Source: an uncultured Candidatus Saccharibacteria bacterium
GTDB taxonomy: Bacteria > Patescibacteriota > Minisyncoccia > Minisyncoccales > JANBVM01
Assembly (NCBI GenBank): GCA_964450805.1
Contig: CAYVDD010000001.1
Span: 254,365-318,364 of the forward strand
Direction: 5' to 3'
DNA length: 64,000 bases
Each line of letters opens with the position of its first letter. Position 1 is the first letter of the stretch. Below are positions 44,171 through 53,584 of the stretch, piece after piece. The translations under genes and the position numbers were made by a program. Below the pieces are notes generated by a model. That model had not been told where the DNA came from, searched no databases, and saw only the letters and a list, made by a program, of their open reading frames with translations.

Positions 44171-44236
44171 GATTTTTTAAATTTTTATATTAATTATATA
44201 TATTAAATTATCACACCTTTTATTTTTTGTAAAACA

Positions 44237-44440
44237 TTATCTGTTTGTTTTTTTATTCAGGTCCGTAAGAAGGTTGTCAATATCAATTCCATACATTTCA
44301 CAAATTTTGCCAATTTTTAATTTTTCCATTTCAGCACTGGCAAAAGGACAAGTCAAACAGGGCAAATTATATTTTGCTAGGATTTTTTCAGCTCCTTTCT
44401 TTTTTAAAATCTCAGCTAAAGTTGTGTTCTTATCAAACAT
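44237..44440 (-). CDS. DUF1858-like small Cys protein
   Basis: PCLTCP..E.L...C..YGID..LL..LN. Confidence 0.7.
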   Translation of the reverse strand: MFDKNTTLAEILKKKGAEKILAKYNLPCLTCPFASAEMEKLKIGKICEMYGIDIDNLLTDLNKKTNR

Positions 44441-44451
44441 TAATATTAAAT

Positions 44452-45210
44452 TTACATTGCCAAATACCCGCCGTCAACCACAACCACAGAACCTGTCATG
44501 TAGGAAGATTTATCAGAAGCCAAAAAAACAACTACATCTGAAACTTCTTCTGGGTTGCCCATTCTATGCATTGGAATTCTGGCTAATGTTCCTTCTAAAG
44601 CTTTAGGGTCTTGTTTAGTTGCTGCTGCCATAGGAGTATCAATAGCGCCTGGAGCAATAGCATTAACTCTAATATTAAAGGGAGACAGCTCTAAGGCCAT
44701 GGCTTCTGTCATCGCAGTTATTCCTCCTTTTGCAGCGCAATAATGAGTAATCTGAGAAAAACCAACACCAACCTGACCCATAGCTATTGAAGAAATATTA
44801 ACAATTACCCCTGATTTTTGTTTAGCCATCTCCTTAGCACAGGCCTGAGCGCATAAAAAATAACCTCTAAGATTAATAGTAAGCATCCTGTCCCAGTCTT
44901 CTTCAGTTAATTCCAAAAACGGCTTAAACTGCAAAATCCCGGCATTGTTAATTAAAATATCTATTTTTTTAAACTTGTTCAGCGTTTGTTTTACCATGTT
45001 TTCAATTTCTTGTTTTTTTGAAACATCACATTTTACTGCTATTGCTTCACCGCCAGAGTTCTTAATTTCATCAACCACTTTTTGACAATCTTCCAAAGAA
45101 ATATCAGAAACAACAACCTTAGCCCCTTCTTTAGCTAAAGCTAAGGCATGACTTCTTCCCATTCCCCTTCTTGCTCCTGTAATTATTGCTATTTTGTCTT
45201 TTAGCTGCAT
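44452..45210 (-). CDS. Short-chain dehydrogenase/reductase (FabG-like)
   Basis: TGARRGMG, NNAG, YCAAK, VDGG. Confidence 0.9.
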   Translation of the reverse strand: MQLKDKIAIITGARRGMGRSHALALAKEGAKVVVSDISLEDCQKVVDEIKNSGGEAIAVKCDVSKKQEIENMVKQTLNKFKKIDILINNAGILQFKPFLELTEEDWDRMLTINLRGYFLCAQACAKEMAKQKSGVIVNISSIAMGQVGVGFSQITHYCAAKGGITAMTEAMALELSPFNIRVNAIAPGAIDTPMAAATKQDPKALEGTLARIPMHRMGNPEEVSDVVVFLASDKSSYMTGSVVVVDGGYLAM

Positions 45211-45275
45211 ATTTAAAAATTATATTATTTTATTGCCTTAAATTAACCTTTTAAAAATTATATTATAATTATATA

Positions 45276-46439
45276 TTATTTTGAAATTATTAAAAGTTCA
45301 GAGTCTTTAACTGCTTTTTCAACCAATTTTTTAACATTTAATTTTTTCTCTTCTGACTCTACTTTTTTGAAATCAGCTTTTGTTTCAGGATAACGGGGTA
45401 AAAACCTGGCGCAGCAATCCTGATGAGGAATAATTGAAACATCAAATGTTTTAATCTCCTTTGCCAGATTAATTATCTCTTCTTTATCAAAACCAATTAA
45501 AGGTCTTAAAACAGGCAGGTTTGTTGATTTACTAATAACATAAATATTGCTTAAGGTTTGAGAGGCAACCTGACCAATACTATCGCCAGTAACAAGCGCT
45601 AATGATTTTTCCTTTTTGGCAATTTCCTCAGCTATTCGAAGCATGAACCTGCGGTATAAGATAACGCGTAATTTAGAAGAGGTTTTTAAAAGAATGTGTT
45701 TTTGAACATCAGCAAAAGGAACAAGATAAAGCCTAGAATTAAACTGGAATTTATTTAAAATTTTAACAATACTTTTAACTTTCTCAATTGAAGCCTGGTC
45801 TGTATAAGGATGAGCATGAAAGTGAATAAAACTAACCCTAACACCTCTCTTTATTGTTAAATAAGCAGCAACAGGCGAATCAATACCTCCTGATATAAGA
45901 ACTGCTGTTCTGCCTCCTGTTCCAACTGGAAGCCCTCCAGAGCCTTTAATTTTTTTTGTATATAAAAATGCTTGTTCATCAGTTATTTCAATAAAGCAAT
46001 TAATCCCTGGTTTTTTCAATTTAACATCTTTCTTCAGATTCTTAACAATAAAAGCTCCTACCTTTTCATTGATTTGTTGAGAAGTTAAAGAAAATCTCTT
46101 GTCTGATCTCTGAGCGCTAATTCTAAAAGTTTTAAATCTTTTTAGTTTTAATATTTCAAGAGCTTTCTTTTTAATTACTTCAATTTTTGGTTCACAAGCT
46201 TCAGCAAAACTAAAAGAAACAACACCAAAAATATTTTTCAAAGAATTTTCAATTTTCTTTTTGTTCTTTAAACTAACATCATTTAATTTAATAATAATTC
46301 TTCCAGAAATTCTTTTAACAAATTCAAAACTAGCTTTTGGCAAAGATTTTTTAATATTCTCAACCAGTTTCTCTTCAAAAAACTTCCTGTTTTTTCCTTT
46401 TAATGCTATTTCGTGATAATGACAGATAATAAAGCTCAT
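45276..46439 (-). CDS. thiI: tRNA 4-thiouridine synthase ThiI (no rhodanese domain)
   Basis: EIALKGKNR, THUMP, SGGIDSPVA, GQVASQT, DCC. Confidence 0.93.
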   Translation of the reverse strand: MSFIICHYHEIALKGKNRKFFEEKLVENIKKSLPKASFEFVKRISGRIIIKLNDVSLKNKKKIENSLKNIFGVVSFSFAEACEPKIEVIKKKALEILKLKRFKTFRISAQRSDKRFSLTSQQINEKVGAFIVKNLKKDVKLKKPGINCFIEITDEQAFLYTKKIKGSGGLPVGTGGRTAVLISGGIDSPVAAYLTIKRGVRVSFIHFHAHPYTDQASIEKVKSIVKILNKFQFNSRLYLVPFADVQKHILLKTSSKLRVILYRRFMLRIAEEIAKKEKSLALVTGDSIGQVASQTLSNIYVISKSTNLPVLRPLIGFDKEEIINLAKEIKTFDVSIIPHQDCCARFLPRYPETKADFKKVESEEKKLNVKKLVEKAVKDSELLIISK

Positions 46440-46443
46440 GGTT

Positions 46444-47481
46444 TTACGATACAATAACTCCTCCGCCTAAAACCTTATTTCTCTCGTAAAAAACTGCTGA
46501 CTGGCCTGGAGTAACAGCTTTTTGAGGCTTATCAAAAATTAAAACATACTTATTTTTAATCTTAGCAATTTTAGCTTCAGCCAGCTTCTGACGATAACGG
46601 ATCTTGGCTTTAATTCCTAAAGGTAACTTTGGCTTTTTAACAATCCAGTTAACTTCTTTTAAGACTGCTTGATTCTGATACAAGTCTTTTTTATTCTTGC
46701 TCACAATCAAAAAATTTCTTTTCTTGTCTTTACCAACAACATAAAAAGGTCCTTTGGGAAGCTTAATTCCCCTTCTCTGACCAATTGTGTAAAACCACAG
46801 ACCCTGATGTTCTCCTAGTACTTTTCCTTCAACATTAATAATCCTCCCTAGTTTTATCTTGAGATATTTTTTTAAAAATTCAGTGGTTGTTTTAGGAATG
46901 AAACAAGCTTCCTGGGATTCTGCAATATCAAAAACAGGCAATTTAAAATCTTTTGTCATCTTTCTGACTTCAGACTTCCTGTATCCTCCAACCGGAAATA
47001 GAATGTGTTTCAACTGGTTTTGATTCAACTTCCATAAAAAATAAGATTGGTCTTTTTCTTTATCTTTTGCCTTTATTAAATTTAATTCACTGCCCTGTTT
47101 TTTAAGACGAACGTAATGACCAGTGGCAATAAAATCAGCACCAAAATTTTTTGCTTTTTTAAGCAACAAACCAAACTTGATTTTTTTATTGCAGACAACA
47201 CAGGGATTAGGAGTTATCCCATTTCTATAATTAAGTAAAAAATAATCAACAACATGATTTTTAAATTCTTTTTTAAAATCAATCACATGAAAAGGAATTT
47301 TCAAAATATCAGCAACTTTTCTTGCTCTTTTTTCTGGTTCTTTATTTGAATCATCCCCTGCCCATAACTTCATGAAAACCCCAATCACATCAAAACCAGC
47401 TTCTTTTAAAAGAGCTGCTGATATTGAAGAATCAACACCCCCTGACATTGCCACCATAACTTTTAAATTCTTTTTAATCAT
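46444..47481 (-). CDS. mnmA: tRNA 2-thiouridylase
   Basis: SGGVDS, TPNPCV.CN, ATGHY, KDQSYFL, TIGQR, PGQ. Confidence 0.96.
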   Translation of the reverse strand: MIKKNLKVMVAMSGGVDSSISAALLKEAGFDVIGVFMKLWAGDDSNKEPEKRARKVADILKIPFHVIDFKKEFKNHVVDYFLLNYRNGITPNPCVVCNKKIKFGLLLKKAKNFGADFIATGHYVRLKKQGSELNLIKAKDKEKDQSYFLWKLNQNQLKHILFPVGGYRKSEVRKMTKDFKLPVFDIAESQEACFIPKTTTEFLKKYLKIKLGRIINVEGKVLGEHQGLWFYTIGQRRGIKLPKGPFYVVGKDKKRNFLIVSKNKKDLYQNQAVLKEVNWIVKKPKLPLGIKAKIRYRQKLAEAKIAKIKNKYVLIFDKPQKAVTPGQSAVFYERNKVLGGGVIVS

Positions 47482-47951
47482 TATTTTTTAGATAATTCCT
47501 TGTATCTTTTCTCAATAATCTTTAATTCTTTCTTAATCCTTTCATGTTTTTTTTGAAGCTTTTTTGGTATTTCTTTCCTGTTTTTTTTCAAATAATCATA
47601 GATTGCTTCAGACAAAGCATCAATAGCTAAAACAGAACAATGAATCTTTATTGGAGGCAGACCTCCTAAAGTTTTAACAACATTGTCTTTGCTTATCTGA
47701 AGTGCTTTATCAATAGTTTTACCTTTTGCCAGATCAGTAACAACACTGCTTGTAGCTAAAGCTGCTACACAGCCAAAAGCTTCAAACTTAATGTCTTTTA
47801 TTACATCTTTCTCAACCTTAATATATATGTGCATTACATCACCACACACTAAGTTACCCACCTTTCCTGTTCCGTCTGGGTTTTTAAACTTCCCAAAATT
47901 ACGTGGTTTCTTGAAATACTCCATTGTTTTTTTTGTATACATTTGTGTCAT
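47481..47951 (-). CDS. iscU: Fe-S scaffold IscU/NifU
   Basis: GNLVCGD, FGC, KIHCS. Confidence 0.92.
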   Translation of the reverse strand: MTQMYTKKTMEYFKKPRNFGKFKNPDGTGKVGNLVCGDVMHIYIKVEKDVIKDIKFEAFGCVAALATSSVVTDLAKGKTIDKALQISKDNVVKTLGGLPPIKIHCSVLAIDALSEAIYDYLKKNRKEIPKKLQKKHERIKKELKIIEKRYKELSKK

Positions 47952-47953
47952 AA

Positions 47954-49120
47954 TTATTTTTTATAAGGTGAAATTTCTCTTAATTTTTCAACAATACCAG
48001 GTAAAACCTTTAAAACATAATCAATATCAGACTCTTTTGTCCATCTTCCCAAAGTGAATCTCAAAGAACCATGAATCTGATATGGTTTAAGTTTAATAGC
48101 TGTTAAAACATGGCTTGGTTCTAATTTATCAGAAGAACAGGCTGAACCAGTTGATGCAGCAACATCAGACAAATCAAGCTGAATTAAAAGTGATTCACCT
48201 TCAACAAAAGAAAAAGAAAGATTAGCATTATTCGGCAGCCTTTTTTCAGGATGGCCATTAAGTTTAACGTTTTTTATACTTCTTAAAATTCCTTTAATTA
48301 ACTTATCTCTTAAATTTATCAGTCTTTTTGATTCTTTTTTCATTTCTTTTTTGCAAAGCAGGGCAGCTTTAGCAAAACCAGCAATACCAGCAACATTAAC
48401 AGTTGCGCTTCTTAATCCTGATTCATGTCCGCCTCCGTGAAGCAGAGGTTCAATTTTTATTCCCTTTCTTACAAATAAACAGCCTACTCCTTTAGGACCA
48501 TATAATTTATGGGCGCTGGCGCTTAATAAATCAATATTCATCTCATTAACGTTAATTGGAATTTTCCCAAAAGCCTGGGTTGCGTCAGTGTGAAAATAGA
48601 CTCCTGCTTTCTTACAGACTGCCCCGATTTCTTTAATAGGCTGAATTGTTCCTATTTCATTATTAGCATGCATTACTGAAACAAGTATGGTTTCTTTTTT
48701 AATAAGCTTTTTAACTTCCTGGGGAGCAACCAGACCATATTCATCAACATTAAGTTTAGTTATTTCAAAACCATTTTTCTCAAGCCATTTTGCAGCCTCT
48801 ATAACACAAGGATGTTCAATCGGAGAAATAATAATATGATTTCCCTTTTTTTTGCTGGCAAAAGCAATACCTTTTAAAGCTAAGTTATTACTTTCAGTAG
48901 CAGAACTTGTAAAAATAACTTCATTTGCTTTTGCGCCTATTAAATCAGCAATTATTTCTCTTGATTCTTCTAAAGATAATTTTGCTTCCTGTCCAAAACT
49001 ATGAAGCGACATAGTATTTCCGAATTTTTCATCAAAATATGGAAGCATACTATTAATTACCTTTTTATCAACTGGAGTAGTAGCTCCATAATCTAAATAA
49101 ATTTTTCTTTTTTTTGCCAT
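47954..49120 (-). CDS. iscS: Cysteine desulfurase
   Basis: YLDYGATT, HTDA, SAHK, STGSACSS. Confidence 0.95.
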   Translation of the reverse strand: MAKKRKIYLDYGATTPVDKKVINSMLPYFDEKFGNTMSLHSFGQEAKLSLEESREIIADLIGAKANEVIFTSSATESNNLALKGIAFASKKKGNHIIISPIEHPCVIEAAKWLEKNGFEITKLNVDEYGLVAPQEVKKLIKKETILVSVMHANNEIGTIQPIKEIGAVCKKAGVYFHTDATQAFGKIPINVNEMNIDLLSASAHKLYGPKGVGCLFVRKGIKIEPLLHGGGHESGLRSATVNVAGIAGFAKAALLCKKEMKKESKRLINLRDKLIKGILRSIKNVKLNGHPEKRLPNNANLSFSFVEGESLLIQLDLSDVAASTGSACSSDKLEPSHVLTAIKLKPYQIHGSLRFTLGRWTKESDIDYVLKVLPGIVEKLREISPYKK

Positions 49121-49135
49121 ATTTTTAAAAAATTA

Positions 49136-49549
49136 TTATTTAATTAAATCAGCTAAGGTTATTGAATTCAAAGTAGAATTCAAATTATCTTGAACTTTTT
49201 TCCAAACAGTTATTGTCCTGCAGGTTTTTTTACGCGGGCAATAATATTTTTTTTCCTTTTCCGTTGCAATACATTCAACAGGAGCCATTGTTTCTTCAAG
49301 CACATTAATAACTTCTGATACTTTGATTTTTTGGGGTGATTTAATTAAAAAGTATCCTCCTTTAACTCCTCTTTTTGATTTAACCAACTTATTTTTTTCC
49401 AATTTTGAAACTATCTTTTCCAAATAATCAAAAGAAATGTTTTCTTTCTCAGAAATTTCTCTTAAAGAGCAGGGTTTGTCTTTATCAAATACACCTGCCA
49501 GATAAGCCATTGCTCTTAATCCATATTGTGATTTCTTAGAAATTCTCAT
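49136..49549 (-). CDS. Rrf2-family regulator, IscR-like
   Basis: MRIS...YGLRAM, RGVKGGY, three C-terminal Cys. Confidence 0.88.
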   Translation of the reverse strand: MRISKKSQYGLRAMAYLAGVFDKDKPCSLREISEKENISFDYLEKIVSKLEKNKLVKSKRGVKGGYFLIKSPQKIKVSEVINVLEETMAPVECIATEKEKKYYCPRKKTCRTITVWKKVQDNLNSTLNSITLADLIK

Positions 49550-49565
49550 GTTTAATTTATTATTA

Positions 49566-49619
49566 AAAACCGACAATATTTGTCGGTTTTAGAATATCAT
49601 TAAAGAAAATTACTGTCAA
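49566..49619 (-). promoter_or_regulatory. Promoter TTGACA-17-TATTCT with IscR type-1-like operator
   Basis: Palindrome AAAACCGACA-N5-TGTCGGTTTT (CCGAC-N7-GTCGG) at 49566-49590 directly downstream of the -10. Confidence 0.8.
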
Positions 49620-49624
49620 TAATC

Positions 49625-49885
49625 CTATAATTGAATTACAAATAATCCATTTTTTTGAATCTCTTTTTCTTGAGCAAAATCATTAAGCTTAAACTTTAAA
49701 ACATAAGTAACTTTTTTTTCTATCTTTCTGCCAGTATAATTCTTTGTTTTAGGATTCCACTCTTCTAATATTAAGGTGTCTCCTTTTTTAATATTAAAGT
49801 CAGCCACCCTTAATTCAAAACGTTTTTTGCCAGAAGCTATTAAATCAAAATAATCTGGCCAAATTTTCTTTTTTATTACTACCAT
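49625..49885 (-). CDS. ASCH/DUF3850-like protein
   Basis: KIWPDYF....SGKKRFELR..D....GD.L.LEEW..YTGR. Confidence 0.8.
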   Translation of the reverse strand: MVVIKKKIWPDYFDLIASGKKRFELRVADFNIKKGDTLILEEWNPKTKNYTGRKIEKKVTYVLKFKLNDFAQEKEIQKNGLFVIQL

Positions 49886-49896
49886 AAAAGTAGTTA

Positions 49897-50079
49897 TTAT
49901 TCCTGTTTTTCAATTGCGTCATAAGGACAGAGACTTTCTCCTCCGCACTCTTCTATCTGCTCTGAGTTTTTAATCTTTGATTTTCCATCATCGTCCCATT
50001 CTGCTCCATTTGGACAAGCTGAAATACAGAGCCCGCAGCTGATACATTTGTCTTTGTTAACTTTATAATTTACTGCCAT
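49897..50079 (-). CDS. Monocluster ferredoxin
   Basis: CISCGLC...CP and CPYDAI. Confidence 0.88.
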   Translation of the reverse strand: MAVNYKVNKDKCISCGLCISACPNGAEWDDDGKSKIKNSEQIEECGGESLCPYDAIEKQE

Positions 50080-50142
50080 ATTTGAATTTAATTCTAGTTA
50101 TTTTAGAAATTTCTCAACTTAATGCTTTTAAATGACCTTTGT

Positions 50143-51348
50143 TTATTTTACAAATTCTAATATTTTTGACATTAATTCAATTTGCTTGAAACGACCCAGA
50201 CTACCTTTCAGACAATTTTTCTCTGAAAACTTTATTTCAGACTTTTTAAACTTAACTGGTAATTTACATATTAAAACAGGAATCAATTCTTTGCAATGTC
50301 TTTTAATCTTGCTGCAAGTTGAATGGTCAGCTGTTACAACAATACTTATATCTTTAAGGCTTAATAAAGGTTTAATATTTTTGTCAATTTTTTCAATAAA
50401 TTTCTTTTTTCCCAAATAATTGCCGTCTTCTGATAAAATGTCTGCTGCTTTTATGTGACAGAAAATAAAATCATACTTTTTTAAATTTCTTTTAATACTA
50501 AGGACTTTCCCTTTTAGGTTTGTATCAATATTCCCGGTAGCCCCTTTAATATTAATCAAGTCCATTCCTAAAGCCTTAGCCACTCCCCTGTAAACATGAC
50601 CAGCAGCAATACAAGCTGCTTTAAGATTGTGCTTTTTATAAAAGCCAGGAGTTTCTTTAAATTTGCCTGCCCCTCTCACCAATAAATAATTAGCAGGCAA
50701 TAAACCCTGTTCTTTTCTTTTTTTATTTAAAGGATGATTTTCTAAAATCTGGTGAGCTCTTTCTAAAAACTTGTTTAAAACATCTGCTGTAAATTCAGCT
50801 TGTTTTGATTTTCCCAAAGCAATAATCTTTTTAACTTTTATACCTGTTTTTTTAATATCTCCTCCTCTAATTTTTTCAGAAAGATTCTTTCCCTTTAAAA
50901 GCAGAACTGCCCTATGCCCTAAAGAAGCAGTTATCTGAAACCTAATACCATTAATTTCTATACCAGCCAATGACTTAATTAAGGGTTCTGTATCAGCGAT
51001 TCTTCCAGCCCTCCTGTCAATAATTTTAAGATTTTTATTAACAGTACCTAAATTTGCTCTTAAAGCTACTTCTCCTTTTTTAATCTTTATTCCCTCGCCA
51101 AGTGCTTCATAAACTCCTCTGCCCAAATAATAAACTGCTGGATTATAACCAAGTAAAGCCAAATGAGCACTGTCTGAACGGGGATATTTTTGCCAGGAAA
51201 AATAAAAAGGTTTAATTAATCCGCAAACCCCACTTGAAGCTAAACAATCTAAATTAGGAGTGCTGGCAGCTCCAAGAGGAGTTTTTTTACCTAATTCTTT
51301 AATAGGGCTGTCTCCTAAGCCGTCAATAATAATTAAAGCAATTTTCAT
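50143..51348 (-). CDS. apgM: Cofactor-independent phosphoglycerate mutase, archaeal-type (ApgM)
   Basis: DGLGD, TPL..A.TPNLD, SDSAH, GRG..EA.G, DRRAGRI, TADHST. Confidence 0.9.
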   Translation of the reverse strand: MKIALIIIDGLGDSPIKELGKKTPLGAASTPNLDCLASSGVCGLIKPFYFSWQKYPRSDSAHLALLGYNPAVYYLGRGVYEALGEGIKIKKGEVALRANLGTVNKNLKIIDRRAGRIADTEPLIKSLAGIEINGIRFQITASLGHRAVLLLKGKNLSEKIRGGDIKKTGIKVKKIIALGKSKQAEFTADVLNKFLERAHQILENHPLNKKRKEQGLLPANYLLVRGAGKFKETPGFYKKHNLKAACIAAGHVYRGVAKALGMDLINIKGATGNIDTNLKGKVLSIKRNLKKYDFIFCHIKAADILSEDGNYLGKKKFIEKIDKNIKPLLSLKDISIVVTADHSTCSKIKRHCKELIPVLICKLPVKFKKSEIKFSEKNCLKGSLGRFKQIELMSKILEFVK

Positions 51349-52604
51349 TTTTCAAGTTCTTGTTCTATTTTTAATAATCTATTGTATTTTGCTATTCTTT
51401 CCTCCCCAACAGGAGCACCTGCCTTAATAAAATCAGCTTCAATACCCACAGCAAAATCAGCAATAAAATCATCGTTTGTTTCTCCTGACCTGTGAGAAAC
51501 TATAATTTTGAAATTAAAATCTTTTGCTAGCTTAGCTGCCTGAAGAGCTTCAGAAACTGTTCCAATTTGATTAATTTTCAAAATCATCCCATTAACAGCT
51601 TTTCTTTTTTTTGCTTCTTTTATCCTTTCTGAGTTTGTGACTAATAAATCATCTCCAATGATTAAAATTCTTTTACCAAGCTTTCTTTTAATTTCTTTAA
51701 ATCCTTGCCAGTCGTCTTCAGCAAAAGGGTCTTCTAATCCTGAAATTGGATATTTTGAAATTAAATCTGAATAATATCTTATTAAACCTTGTCTTGTAAA
51801 AATACCTGTATTTAATTCATATTTTCCATTTTTAAAAAATTGTGATGAAGCTATATCTAAAATAATCTTTATCTTGTTTTCATAACCCAGACTTTCTGAA
51901 GCCTTTAAAATAAAATTTATTGCCTGTTCTGGAATTGTGAAAGGAGGAGCAAATCCTCCTTCGTCTCCGACATTAATAGCCAGTTTTCCGTATTTTTTAG
52001 AAAGAAGTTTCTTTAACTGCTGATATATTTCAGAAATAATCTCCAGTTTTTTAGAAAAAGATGTTTCTTCTACAGCAACCATAAATTCCTGAACATCTAA
52101 TCCGCTTCCGGAATGAACTCCTCCATTAATAACATTAAACAAAGGATCCGGCAGTCTTGGTTTTTTAACTGATATTTTATATAATTTTTTTGCAATTTCA
52201 TTTATATATTTAAAAAGCTCTAATTTTTTAGAGCCTGCTCCAGCACGACATACTGCTAATGATACTCCGCAAATCGCATTAGCACCTAAACTGGATTTAT
52301 CTTTAGTTCCGTCAAGCTTAATCATTAAATCATCAATTTTTTTTTGTGAACCCGGGTCTCTGCCAACAATTTCAGGAGCAATAATTTTATTAATATTATC
52401 TACTGCTTTTAAAACACCTTTTCCTAAATATCTTTTTTTATTATCTCTTAATTCCTTTGCTTCGTATTTTCCAACTGAAGCGCCTGAAGGAATAGAAGAA
52501 ACAAAAACGCCTTTACTTGTTTCTATACTAACTTCAACAGTGGGATTTCCACGGGAATCCAAAATTTCCCTTGCTTTTACATCTCTGATTTTGGAGTTTT
52601 TCAT
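51345..52604 (-). CDS. eno: Enolase
   Basis: DSRGNPTVE, PSGAS, GDEGGFAP, SHRSGET. Confidence 0.96.
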   Translation of the reverse strand: MKNSKIRDVKAREILDSRGNPTVEVSIETSKGVFVSSIPSGASVGKYEAKELRDNKKRYLGKGVLKAVDNINKIIAPEIVGRDPGSQKKIDDLMIKLDGTKDKSSLGANAICGVSLAVCRAGAGSKKLELFKYINEIAKKLYKISVKKPRLPDPLFNVINGGVHSGSGLDVQEFMVAVEETSFSKKLEIISEIYQQLKKLLSKKYGKLAINVGDEGGFAPPFTIPEQAINFILKASESLGYENKIKIILDIASSQFFKNGKYELNTGIFTRQGLIRYYSDLISKYPISGLEDPFAEDDWQGFKEIKRKLGKRILIIGDDLLVTNSERIKEAKKRKAVNGMILKINQIGTVSEALQAAKLAKDFNFKIIVSHRSGETNDDFIADFAVGIEADFIKAGAPVGEERIAKYNRLLKIEQELEK

Positions 52605-52659
52605 GTTTTTTAAAACAAAACTGGTATTAACTGTTCCAGTTTAATAATTGTGCAGGTTT

Positions 52660-53574
52660 TTATTGCCTTGTTAAATAATCAAAAACAGCTAAAGCTGCTT
52701 TTGCCCCTTCACCGCAGCTAATTATAATTTGTTTGAATTTTCCAGTATCAACATCACCAGCAGCAAAAAGGCCTGGTGTTTTTGTCTGAAAAGTATCAAA
52801 AGCAACCTTTATCTCTCCTTTTTTATTAAAATCAACCAAGTGATTAACAAATGAGGATGCAGGTTGAGAACCTATTTCAACAAAAACTCCTTTTACTGAT
52901 AAAGTTCTTTCTTCTTTATTTACTCTGTCTTGATAAATAATTGAATTAACAAATTCATCCCCTTTAATTTCTTTTAATTGAGCATTGGTTATTATTTCTA
53001 TTTTTTTAATTCGCCCTACTAAATCCTGATTTTCTCTATCAGCCCTAACTTTAGAATCATATTCTAAAATATATATTTTCTTTGCCCAATTTTTTAAAAA
53101 TAAAGCTGATTCAAAGCCAGAATTACCTCCTCCTATTATAGCCACCTCTTTGTCAGCAAATAATGGACCGTCACAAACAGCACAATAACTTACTCCTTTT
53201 CCTATAAATTCTTCTTCTCCAGGAAGCTTTAATGGCCTTGGATCAGTGCCTGTAGCAATAATAATGGTTTTTGATTCAAATTTCTCCTTATTATCAGTCC
53301 AAACTAAAAAAGAACTGTCTTTTTTGTCTACTCTTGTAACTTCATTCATTTTAATATCTATATCCTGCTTTTCTAAATGTTCTTCAAATCTACTAATCAG
53401 TTCAAGTCCTGAAATCTCTTTAAATCCAGGATAATTTCCAATAGGAACAGCTTTTTTGGCAATTTGTCCTCCAAAATTTTTTGTAATTAAGAGTGTATTT
53501 AGTTTTTGTCTAGCTGCATAAATACCGGATGTAATACCAGCCGGACCTCCACCAATTATAATTAAATCGTACAT
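52660..53574 (-). CDS. trxB: Thioredoxin reductase
   Basis: GGGPAG, CAVCDG, GGGNSG, FAAGD. Confidence 0.92.
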   Translation of the reverse strand: MYDLIIIGGGPAGITSGIYAARQKLNTLLITKNFGGQIAKKAVPIGNYPGFKEISGLELISRFEEHLEKQDIDIKMNEVTRVDKKDSSFLVWTDNKEKFESKTIIIATGTDPRPLKLPGEEEFIGKGVSYCAVCDGPLFADKEVAIIGGGNSGFESALFLKNWAKKIYILEYDSKVRADRENQDLVGRIKKIEIITNAQLKEIKGDEFVNSIIYQDRVNKEERTLSVKGVFVEIGSQPASSFVNHLVDFNKKGEIKVAFDTFQTKTPGLFAAGDVDTGKFKQIIISCGEGAKAALAVFDYLTRQ

Positions 53575-53584
53575 AGCCCAAATA

